The notes under the pieces were generated by a model that made no database searches, was not told the DNA's origin, and saw only the letters and a program-made list of their open reading frames with translations. A program made the position numbers and the translations under genes. Positions 1 to 14,325 of a stretch of 64,000 nt of DNA are shown one piece after another. Positions within the stretch are counted from its first letter, which is position 1; each line of letters opens with the position of its first letter. Origin of the DNA: Phallusia mammillata (Eukaryota); contig OZ281500.1 in assembly GCA_965637545.1 (NCBI GenBank), positions 20,584,001 through 20,648,000 of the forward strand, given 5' to 3'.

Positions 1-1
1 G

Positions 2-3000
2 AAAGACTCTTCACGACCCTCGACACGCGGTGGCGATAGAGGCGCAGAAGAATATCCACTGTCTGGCGAGAGGGCAACCCAAGACAAGCACATAAGCAGA
101 AGACCGCAGCAGAAGGCCAAGCCCGTTCAAGGTGGATCACGTAATAACAGCCCGAAGCCGCCGAAAGTCCACAAAGCGGCTGAATTTGGCTCTAGGCGAG
201 CAGAAGAGATTTTATCGAGGAGCGACACGAATTGTTGCAGCTCATGTTTGACCGGTGGAGAATCACCGTGCGCTTGCGGAAAGCCAACCAGTAAGCCCCG
301 ATCATTAAACGGGAGTGCCGGTTCAGGTAGTAGGAAAGCCGTTTTTCCAGCTGGTGGTAGTTTAAACTCCAATGCGTCGCGAGGCAGCACGGGTTTCAAT
401 ACGATCGAACAAAACATTAGGGAAATGGCGCAGGCTATTGGCATTTACCCAGAGGCTCCGCGCGTGAGCGATAAAATCAGACACGACGTCGCTTATGAAG
501 AGGACGTTCTGCGCAGTAAAGTCGGATCCATCAGCATTTGCGACGGCAGTGGAGACTTCTCAAGTTTCAAAAACAGTCCAAAGCAGCAGAACCGGACACA
601 GAGCGACAAGCGCAAAAGCCCGAGCTACGCACTTAAGTACGAGGAAATCAATATCAAAGATGCCGATGATAAACTTGATCCAGCATCCAGGGTAAATTTG
701 GACTCGACGCTGGCAAATTCGAACGGCGAAGAAAATCCCTTATCTGGGATTCAACCCCGCAGTGGCGGTGGAAACGAGAAACCCGAGTCGAATGACATTT
801 TCGGCCCTAAAAAAACAGACCGCTGTTTGGATAGGACTGCTTGCGGCGATATAGAAATTTTTGATGAAAAGACAAGCGTCCTACCTTCGGAAGAAGCGTT
901 CAGTATTGCCGAGACTCCAAAGCGCAATACGGGTTCTGGAGAGCGAAGAAAAAACTCGACAAGCGATCAAGCAAATGAGGAAAACTGTCGGGTAATCGTT
1001 GTTAGAAACCCGAAGTTGTATTCCAACAGCAAAAAGAAAAAGGGGCAAAGCTCACGAAAGAGCAAAGCTGAGAAGGTCAGCGGTGAAGTCGAAGGAAGCA
1101 AAGATACCACGAAAGGTAAGGAGAAAGAAGCTCGACGCAAAGCTCGATCAGAAAAGCATAAAAGTCACAAACATAGAAAAAAACTTAAAGATGCAAACGC
1201 TGGCAACGTAGACTTGACCGTACCCTTTGAAAACTACATTGGCGGCGACAGCATTGGTTACAAGACAAAGTCAGATAAAGTTCATAAGCTGGAGGACCAA
1301 AGCCGCCGAGATTCTAAAAAGTCTAAAGAAACGGATGAGGAGAAGCGGCGCAGACGAGCGGAGAGGAAAATGTACGAAAAGCGCAACAAGATTTCTTCCT
1401 CCGATGAGGGAATCGCCAGATCCCCGTCAAAGTCTAAAAAGCACGGCGACACCACTTCATCGAAACACAAGAAAGACAACCGCCGGGATCCCACCGCTGT
1501 TGATGTTAGCGTGATTCAAGGGACACGAGTTCAAACCGCTACCGACGCGTCAAAAAAACGAGATAAAGAAAGGTCAAGTCGGTCTAAAGACAGCTCGAGG
1601 CGAAATGGGAAAGGGGACAACGCCGATTCCAGAGCCTATAGTTCACGTACATTAAGAAAAGTCGAAGAGATTACACAGCGGTCAAAAGCAAAACCGCCGG
1701 TTGAAAAAACTTCAGAAGTGACGCGGACGCAAAAATCAGCATCCAAACCTTCCATTGACCGCAGACCAGACCCCGAAGGCGCTTACACACCTTTTAACCG
1801 CGGAACCAGAATACCAGACATTGCAAACTGGCACGCAAACATGTACGATGCCAAAACCCTTGTGCGCCCAGGACGGAGAGACACCAGATCTAAAACCAGC
1901 ATGCCAAATGAAGATAAGAAGGTAACCAATGGGCGACGAGAGAGAACACGCAGGGTATCTTCTCCCACCGACGTCTCCACCTCTTCATCATATTCTTCCG
2001 TTTCTGGCTCTTCCCGATCTTCATCATCTTCCTACGAGTCCTCTGATGACACATCGTCCATTGACGAACCTCGCAGCGACGGTCGGCGTACGCGAGCAAC
2101 AAAATATAATAGCAAGCACGTAAAGTCGAGATCTCCGTCGCGAGATAGCACTTTAAGACAACAGGACAACAAAAAAGTAAACGGCGAGAATGGACGTCAT
2201 TCCAAACCCCAATATCGCAAATCCGCATCTAGCACTTCAAGTTTTCAACGTCGGCCGACGACAAACGATGACAAGCGACGCAAGAACGATAAACGCGGGG
2301 AAGGTACGTCTGTGGTCAAACGCAGAGGCGACGAAAATGACCAATCGCACAGCCACTCGCCTGTAGACGATAAGATGCTTGAGCAGCAGTTTGGAGCTCA
2401 CCGCAAGAGGCGAACAAACACCAGTGTGAAAGCAGAAGGCGAAGACTCTCACTCACTGTGGCAACATCACCAGCTAGTGGTGATTTCGCAAAAGCCTGAC
2501 AGTCTTCCGCTGGGAAGCAAACTGAAACCGGACTCGCCAAAGGCAAACTCAACCACCAAACCACAACTGTCTGCTCAGAAGAAACCGGTAGGCAATACAA
2601 CAAGCGGCGGAATAGATAGAAGATCTCTTACCATTCGTGATCTCTACTCTCTTCATAACGTCTTGTCCGACACCCAAAACGGAACGGTAATAGCATAACC
2701 GTGTTCAGTTGTTGTTTGTCTGAAAAAATGCATTGGTTGTTAACCTTAAGCGAAAGATAAAATTAGTTGCACTTTTCATAAATGTACTACTGTTGGGGCC
2801 TGTATATTAAAATAGTTTGTACAAATTACGATTTACTGTGTTCAATCACGGTTTGTGTACATTAAATTGGCTGTTCGCCACAGTAAAAGGCATTTAATAG
2901 ATTTTTTCCAAGTTTACTATCATTAGTGCCCATATATCCAAATAATTTGTCTAAATTACGAACATTATTGTACAGGTAATATCCGGTTATCGCCGAAGTG

Positions 3001-6000
3001 ATGGCCTACGCGTCGCCATCAAGCGGATATCGAAAGCGGGGACAACGAGATGGGGTTGGCTTGGGGGCAAGGTTGTTCCCCTCGAACTAGCCCTTCTTTG
3101 CCAAGTTAACGAGGTTTGTGCGTAGTCTGGTTCTACAAATGATACAAAATCTGACGATGGCTTGTTTGTGGTTGTAGGTGAGAGGTCACGGAATCGTAGA
3201 GATTGTTGAATGGCACGAAACAACGGAAGCTTTCCTCCTAGTGATGGTGCGACCCCATCCTGCCGTTGACTTGTACGATTATGTCAGCAAGCGAAAACGT
3301 GTTAATGAGCCGTTGGCGAGGTACATGTTTTCATTAAATATGTCGGCATGGCAGCTAGATCACAAGCCTAATTGGATGCGTTTCTACCAATATGACATTG
3401 TACTTGTTTAATGTGCCAAACGACTGGTTATGTAAACGGCTCCACAGTGAACGATACACTTGCCACCTGGGCAATAAGAAGGACAACTAGTAGCTATGGT
3501 TCCGAATTGGCTCGAGGCACTGTTATTAGCAATAAAAGTGCCGTTTCATCACTACTGAGTTTGGCCTGACGTTGCGTCGTAACCGCAACTTAAACACATG
3601 GAATTAAACTGTAAAGGAGCCCACGCAGAGTCCGATTCTTAAGTGATGGAAATGTCAAATAGTTTCGGCTCTCACGACTTTCACACACGACGTTGATTTG
3701 TTCAAGTAGCAAGTTGATGAACTCTTGTGATCCCGCAACCTAAACAAACTTTAACGCCAAGTATTGACGTAGTTGCTACCATTTGAGTAAAATAAGACAA
3801 ACTACACATGCAAATGTAAGGTGAAATTAAAATATGTGATCCACATTGCAAAGGACTGACCAGTTCTTGAATCTGCAATAACCTATAACACTCCAACTGT
3901 GCAATTTGCTTTCTTAAAGTTCTACTCATGCGCAAATGTAGGATTAATATCTGCTGTGATTGGTAGCTAAACTATGGGAACGGTGCCCCATGCGTTTTGT
4001 TTATTGGAAACAAATTCCTATGATACGAAATTACATGAAACATGTTGCACCGAAACGAAATTAGTTTTAATGCGAATGGGGTCCAAAGGGATTTATGTAA
4101 GTGCAAAAAGTCAACCTGTCACCAGTTCCCGCAAATTTTAACAAGATTTGCATGCATTAAAATGTGGTTGCGTTTAAATCGTCGCACGGCACTTCTCACG
4201 CCACTAATTGAAGGATTTTTCTGTGTTTTGGATTACAACTTGCGGAATACACCCACCAGTTATTAAAGTTAAAAATAAACTCGATAGGCGCAAAGATTAG
4301 TCATATACCACACAGAAAAGGTTCTCAGAACTTTTCAGAAACCTTAATGGAATAAAAAAAAAACTGTCACACACGTTTTTTTATAGACATAAATATACGA
4401 ATAGGAGAAAAGATTTGTCCAGTTACTGACAGTTAGTTGACAGTAGGTTATATCTATCTCCCTGACAAGCAACATGCTCATAGACGAGCTTTTTAAAACA
4501 AAAACCTGAATATGGAAACCAAAAAAATAATAATTAATTGAAAAAAAATAGTTGATAACAAAACTTTGCAATATATAATTAAATTGTCATCGTCAGATCC
4601 TTATTCAAATAGAAAAGTGGTTCCATATTTAGCATATCATTTTGTCAAAACAGCGTTCGATGGCCAGTTACAAATTTAATTAAATCGTGTAAAAAACTAT
4701 TACTGAACCAGTGTGCCAGCAGTTGTTTGTTATTGCAGTCAATTTAACTTGTAACTGGGAGTTAACAGAACAACGACTGAATTGATTTCTTCCTATACAA
4801 CAATGCGAAAATGACAGGTGGCCAACTGTGTGTGTTCCCTACAAACAAGTTGAGCCTGTCCTCTTCGAAAATGGAAGCTGATAAAATCTATGCACCCGCC
4901 AACCGCGTCATTTCATTCCGAGAGTTTTGCATATAAATTGCCTCTTATGGCCTCATATAAATTACCCCTTAAGCACAGATAACAAGCAGCGGTCCTGTTC
5001 TAGGCACATCATCCGCCAACTGGTCACTTCTCTACAGCACTGCATCAAATGCGGAGTTCTGCATCGTGATGTTAAACTGGAAAATATCCTACTGAATCCA
5101 GAAACCATGAACATGACTCTTATTGATTTCGGTTGTGGAGATTATATTCGCAACGGAACTTACAAAGGTTCGTTACATCACCCTATTGCTTGAACCATTC
5201 GTTTCTGCAGGCAGTGCACACTGTTTTGACCTGTAAAGTCTCATCAGTGCAACTGGTGACAAGACATTGACCGCATATAATCTACTGTAGCCACATTACG
5301 TCACTTAAGTTTGTTGGAAGTAAAAGACTGAATAAGCAGTGTGCGCTGTCTGCAGTTTGCTTATATCATGTATAGCTCCATGAGTTTACATTCATTTTTT
5401 GTCTTTTTGACGAAATTTTTAAGAAAACTTTGCACATGGTTTTCGAAGTTTCAGTTTGATAAAAAAATTCGCATGACTAATTTGTATTTTGGGATAATAT
5501 TTTGACAAAAGGTCCGCATAAGTTCAAATTTATTTGTTCAGAGTTTGCTGGAACACCAGAATATTATCCACCCGAGTGGTTTGCACGAAAGCAGTACCAC
5601 GGCGAGCCTTTGACGGTTTGGAGTATCGGAGTTTTACTTTACTCGCTTTTATGTGGATCTCTTCCCTATCGATCGTCCAAAGAAATAATAGAGAAGTAAG
5701 TATATAGAAAATCGCTAATACATCCCGGTAAGATACAATCCTGTAGCGACCCCTTGTATATCAAGCTTTTCGAATTCGGTATCGAGCCGGGTTTGGGATT
5801 GAGTATTAGTAAAACTGATCTGATCCAAGCCTAACTTTAAACTTGTTCACATTTTTGCCGCAATTTTACCAACTTTCAGGCGAAATTTGGACTTTTTTCA
5901 AAAAAACGGGTTCGGATACGGTTTGGGGCTTGTACTTTAGGGTTCGGGCTTAAATTTTAGGCCCGATCGAAACTCTGGTCTCAAACATAGAAGAAGTCAA

Positions 6001-6909
6001 TTAACTAGAAAAGTCGTTTCCAGTGGTGTTTACGTACGTCATGGTAAATCCATACACGTGTCCGTATGGCTACAAGTTTAACACCAACGCTCGCCATATA
6101 AACCGATTAGTTTGCGGTCCACTGCCGAACGTCGGTTGTTGCGCGTGTAGTTCCTGTGCATTTCACCTATTTGGGGGGCATGTCACTTCTGTACATATGT
6201 GTTATGTACACAGGGTATCTCGTAATAAACCAAGCAAGTACGTTGTCAAAAGCCCATCGAAGCAGGGCCCGGGGCGATACCAACGATGACAATCTGATCG
6301 GTTCTAAACTCGCAGGCAAAGATTCCATACTGCACGACTTATAAATATAGATCAGTGGCGGTCTCCTTGCACGTAGCTGTTAAAATTGGTAGCTATCAGG
6401 TTGTTACCCCTGCCCGAAATTGTATGATTGTTTAAACGGCCGAGTGTAATTGGTAATAATGGCGGTGGTAAAGTAGCTTGGATGAGTAAAATATCTTGCC
6501 ACGCGTTTAAGCGAAGCCGTCCACCCTAAAGCATAATGAATTGTACTACGTTATATTTCTATAGTTTGCTGGTTAATGCAGACAACAAAACATAAATATC
6601 TGTCGCATGCAAACTCAGAAAGCGTATTTATTGCCTTTGGCTATATGTTAGTCGTCATTGAGTTCAATTTAATCTGTCGTCATTTGGCAAACCGCTTTAT
6701 CTTCGTGGGAAGCAAATACCATTACGCAATTTTGTTGTTTTCCTAGGGAAGCCACGAAATTTCCAAGCGACATCTCAAGGGGAGCAAAGGATATTATCGC
6801 ATCAATGTTGCAAAAAAATCCACGTGATCGACCGTCGCTTAGCAACATACTGCTTCATGCATGGTTGGGCAAGTCGGACCGTCCAGTCAAAACAAGTTCA
6901 TCAACTTGA
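2..6909 (+). CDS. PIM-family (PIM-related) Ser/Thr protein kinase with very long Lys/Arg/Ser-rich N-terminal region; 5' end lies outside the window
   Basis: Exons <2-2686, 2976-3113, 3178-3320, 5004-5167, 5542-5695, 6747-6909 (TGA), all GT-AG and phase-consistent. The reading frame is open from position 2. Motifs: VAIKRISK, VPLELALL, PIM-type hinge MVRPHPAVDLYDY, HRDVKLEN, LIDFGCG, GTPEYYPPEW, TVWSIGVLLYSLLCGSLPY, RDRPSLSNILLHAW. Confidence 0.9.
5205..5355. repeat. Palindromic dispersed repeat (MITE-like) with hammerhead-like core, in kinase intron 4
   Basis: Terminal inverted arms CTGCAGGCAGTGCACACTG / CAGTGTGCGCTGTCTGCAG (17/19 match). About 55 nt of internal sequence are shared with 57361-57425. 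Confidence 0.75.
5765..5977. mobile_element. Partial MITE, CAGAGTT-TIR family (related to 38368-38548 and 47157-47484)
   Basis: Ends in AAACTCTG. CATTTTTGCCGCAATTTTACCAACTTT is the near reverse complement of AAAGTTGGTGAAAATGCGGCAAAAATG at ~38440. Shares GGGTTCGG/GGCCCG subrepeats. Left boundary is approximate. Confidence 0.6.
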
Positions 6910-9323
6910 CCTTGATTTGTCTTCCGACGGCATTTAGTTTAGAATCTAAACTAAACTTAGATCAATGCATTATGTTGTAATAATTGCTGTTGTATGTTGC
7001 GTGTATACTGTGATTTTTGATTTCTTCTAGTGAAACGATTTTTTATTAATGCATCAGTTGATTTATGCTCATATTTTTTAGTTCGGGACAACAGCCACCA
7101 AGTAACACATATAGTTTTTACGTCATTTACCCATAATTTGCACCATGTAGGTCGATACAAAAAACGCACAATGTGTATTCCCGCTGAAGACGTAAATAAA
7201 ATAAACGTGAAAAATGCTGGTGCATTAAAAAGCATTTAAATTGAAATAAACCTTATTGGTTTGCTATTCTGCTCTATTCAGCATAGCCGTTGATTGACCG
7301 CGAAATTTCTCCCGCCCAAAGATATAAACGTGTGCGTTCTTGGAACGACTCGCACATGCAGCGAAGCCCTTGGCCCTAAAAGTTGTAAAGTCCATTAGCG
7401 ACATGCTACGTTTTATCACCGTGCCCATCTTACATTGAGCACAGGCCACTGGCAGAATTTGAATTTCGTTCCGGTAACAAAATCCTTATCGGTCTAGCAA
7501 AAGTCGGCATCGTGTTTTATGCCAGCAGAAACCCGCAGAGTGACTTTCGGGATTTCGAGGTGCTGCTTTGCATTTAATATACCCGTTGTTCTGTTATCCG
7601 TTTTAAGCGTTGAACACTGTTATGAACGGCGCTAAATGTACCGCTGCATTTGTTTGTTATTTTCTGTACTCTCTTGTGTACTTGCTGTTCTCCGTTGGAC
7701 GGAAATGCTCGTCCATCGTCTTTAAATCATAAGTTTTTTACACAATAAATATAAAAAACGTTGGTTTTATTTTTAACTTTCCAACATAAATTAGCAAATT
7801 TGATTTTGCTTAACACTACCCGGTGAACAAAAAAAAAACGTTTCACGTTGGATGTGAAACTGGCTTAAAGTCGTTTGTTTGGGTTTAAGTACCGCACAAC
7901 GTTACACTCACAATAAGCGAACACCTACGCTTGCTTTTTTGCAAACGATCTTAAAAGATAAGTACAATGAAATTGCTTCTTTAATAGATAAGCCAATCAA
8001 ATTTGAACGTGCGGTTTATGTTCAGCCACTTTTGAAGGTTACGTTTGTATTTACAATATAAACCGATTGAGGGTATACCGCTTTTTGCTGTAGCTAAACA
8101 ATAAATATACAAAGAGAACTTTGTAATGGAACAAGTATTTTGTAAGGAAAAGTTTCCACATTGGCTATTACTTCGAAGCTATTGTTCACTTTAACTAAAC
8201 AAATTTAACGATTCATACAAATGGTCCACCACAATTCTTACAGTAGTTTTATAAGAAGATAAGCATCAACTTGTTTCGATTTACGCAACTGGGCAACCAC
8301 ATTTCTCAAAGTAGTTTTGGAAAACTAAATTTCAATTGGTCCTTATCCAACAATCACAATCGATTTCACATTACGATACCGCACACCGACTAAATTGATG
8401 CGTTTAGTTTCCGCGAAATTTGTTTTCGGTCATGTCAAATTTCCGAAGCGCCTTCAATATTTTACATTGCTCGCTCTGTGATGACGATTGACGTACCCCG
8501 CGTACCAACTGGAAAATCAACATTCCAGTGACGTTACAACCAGCGTCGTGATGTGACTCAGCAACCCCACCTGCCGGTGTATTTTTTATAGTTTTAGCTG
8601 ATCTCAATAAATCAGGGAAAATTTTGTAAATAAAAGATAGTAAAAACCTTAGAAAAATCAGTATACATTTTAAATGATGCCCAAATTAAAGGAAAACTTG
8701 GATATAGTGAGTAGGACATCAATGTAGTAATCAATTTGTTGATTTACCCCCAAAAGCTTCCGCAGTTTGACTTGATTAATGCAAAACCAAATTATTAAGC
8801 AAAGTTTAAATTTAAACAACTCGTAAGAAATGTGATTTCGCTGTATAAAATGTTAGTAGCTACCCGCAATCTCGACAAAATTTATAATTTTATTTTCTCA
8901 AAAACAAAAACTACTTAATGGAGAAATTTGTTAGTAGCGGAGTTAGCTTTTTAAACTACCCTTATGTACTGGGCTAACAATACTCAAAAAGATGTTTTCT
9001 GATATGCCTTCCTGCTAGTTACTATGAAGTGGGAAAATTGATAAAGCCGACAAACGGCGTCAAAAACAGGGACATTCCTTAGAAATAGTATTGTTCAGCA
9101 TCATCACTTTCAGTTCTTAGAAATAAGCACGATCCTGTTTTCTAAGAAGTTACTTCCACACAGAGGTATTTGCCAGAAAACAAAATCATGAAATAAAATG
9201 ATTAAGTAAATGTTAAAAGCAATACAACACCATTTGGTGATAAAAAAATTATGCTTGTCATAAGGTTATTTGACGGCAATGGAAAACATGACATGAATAA
9301 CTTTCAATTTACAGCATCAAAAG

Positions 9324-9520
9324 CAGTGGTTCTCAAACTCGGTTTTCGGGGCCGCATGCGGCTCCCAACTACTTATTTTGCGGCTCGCACCAGACCTCAG
9401 AAAACCACCCAACATTGCTATTTTAGCTTTCAAAGCAATAATCTTAAGTGATTTTCTTAAGGTTTCGTTTTTTTGCGGCTCTCTACACACTTAAAAAATA
9501 AAAAAGTTTGAGAACCACTG
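9324..9520. mobile_element. hAT-type MITE
   Basis: 16-bp TIR CAGTGGTTCTCAAACT / AGTTTGAGAACCACTG, flanked by a perfect 8-bp TSD ATCAAAAG (9316-9323 and 9521-9528). Confidence 0.9.
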
Positions 9521-11863
9521 ATCAAAAGGTCTGTCTTGCTTTTCCTGTTTACTATACATCTTCATTTAATATATTTTATCGATAAAGAAATATAGCAACG
9601 TATTTTGAAACGTCCCCACCAACTTTCTTGATAATTTGGGCAACCACATGACTGTGTCCGCTGTGGCGTTTTAAAAAGGGCATAGTCTACAAGTTGATTA
9701 CGTTCCGTTGGAACAAAACTTTACAATTATTAAATGCACGGTTTTGTACCGTTTAACCAACTACACTAATCATTTTTTTGCTTGCTGTGAAAAGGTATTT
9801 AAATTTTAATTCATTTAAGGACACAGGATACAAGGTAATGATGTCCCGTCGGCTTAAAAGTTTTTAATTAATAAACTTGCTTTTTGTGCACCCCGACCTA
9901 CTTTCCAGCATCAGACACGACCTGGGATTCGAACGCATTGTTTACATTACTGCCCTTGTGTGCGATTATCGCGTGGGCAGATTTGACAGCAAGGCCTGTC
10001 TATTGTGAGAGACCGTCCAATATTATTCCCCTCTGCGCTGGCAAAAGAGTGATGTCCTGCACCGAGGAAAATCCAATTATTTATACGTGACACAACGAGT
10101 TTTTAACTGTAGGTCGTGTAACGTGATTAGTAAGTTCAGATAATGCTTGCAATGGTCAGTAAAAAAGTCTATAAATGTAAATGTTCCCGTCCAAAAATAA
10201 ACAGGTTAAAAATTAAACTTGAGAATAAGGTCGTCAACATTTGGGCAAAGGTTTATTCTGTGCCTAATAACCCAAAGCAGAACACCCAAAATTGCCAAAA
10301 ATGCTCCGGCTTGATGATTGTCTTGGCGAAATTTGAAATTTGGTTACGTTTTTATTCAACAAGCCTACAGAAGTTTAACAGATTTTGGATTAGCGTATTC
10401 AATGCTGTTGCAACATAAACATTGCTGTGGTGTTTTGGTTATATAAATGTTGGAAGTGCAAAAAGTGTAGAGTCCTATTAAGTTTATTTCGTTTGGTAAA
10501 AAAAAATTAGCAACACAATTGCACTAAACAGTCACCAAGCCGGAAAAAGCTACACAACGTTAAAACGTTATGGAGCGCAAAAGTAGAGGACACAATCAGT
10601 TGATCATGGGCTACCCCGATATAGGGCGCTATGTAAGTGCATGGGGCTTATAAGAAAGTAAGATTGACTCATTGCGGGTAAATACGAGGGTTAGGCACGT
10701 TGTTAGTACCAGAAGAGGGGGCCCTAAAGACTACCCACATGCTGGTATTAGAAACAATTACTGGAAGATGTCATATAGATCTAATTTAATATTTGCGGTC
10801 AGTTAGAATATCTTAAGTCTTTTGGCGCCAAATTAACACAAGCTTCCAACTTATTTGCTCGCTTGCGCACTCTGGCGTATGATAATCCTGTTAAAATATT
10901 GGTTTTTCGCATAGTTTCACTGCATGCAATTAAGTATGACTTTAAGTGGTAATTGCGTTGTTCCATTGGGTTGACAAAGGAACGGAACGAATCTGTTACT
11001 TCCGTGACCGAGTAGGGGCGAAATCGCACGAAGGGTGCGCTAGCCTTCATTTACCGGTAATGGCAGGCCTGCTGCGTTTCAAAGACATCCCGGTGGGGTG
11101 GTGAAAATCTGCTGAGACCTGACGTAGCTGAACAGCCGCATAATATCGTTGCGCCTAGCGGGAGTTCGCCGTCTCTTACGCCTGCGACCGAGTTGTGCAA
11201 AAAAAGGATTTACCGCGGTCACCACTGACTTGCTCATCATATAAAGAACGGTTGTTCAACGTAATAACAACACTGTCAAATGTGGCGGATTAGCAAATAG
11301 GTCAAAGTTTAGTTGGTGGTGAAAAACGTATTGATAATGTAGGAATTCATTATGTATAATAGTCTTAGTGGGTGTCTTCTGTGTTGTATCATTGTTAGAA
11401 GTACAAGAGACGCAAATTTCAGTTGTGAGATTTGTTTTTTTTCAGGTTTGTAATTGCATAGCTAAGGTCGTTCAAGAAAAATAGAACGGGCTTTTTTCGA
11501 GCATGATTCAGTTTAATGTGTAACTTACATTTAAAGAAAAGAGTAAACTTAAAGTTTGAGTGGAAAGTGGCAAACATAAAAAGCGCATAAAAATATGGGC
11601 ACAACCGCGCAAGGAGGTGTGACAAAAAGTAACAAACTATTTTGGACATGTGATGCAGACTACGTTAGTTCTTTTGAGGAAAGATTTAGACTAATTCTGT
11701 TTAGTTTTGTTTAGTTACGCAAGGTTGACGATTAAACTAAATGTTTTGTGATTCGAAGTTCTATATTTGAATTGACATTTACTCTATAATCCTAGTACTC
11801 TATAAACTCTAAAACACAACATTCGTGCATTAAGGTTTGTGAGATTCATTAGCAACTTATAAC

Positions 11864-14325
<2,462 letters not shown>

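Noticed and set aside
2687-2981. Intron start and next exon start are both GTAATA (possible insertion footprint)
   Set aside because: Only 4 nt beyond the obligatory GT; with ~60 introns in the window a chance occurrence is plausible.
8554-8563. TGACTCAGCA (NF-E2/ARE-type site)
   Set aside because: Single short motif with no independent support.
9900-9960. GGGATTCGAAC (reverse complement of a tRNA B-box)
   Set aside because: No A-box at proper spacing and no cloverleaf; at most a SINE fragment.
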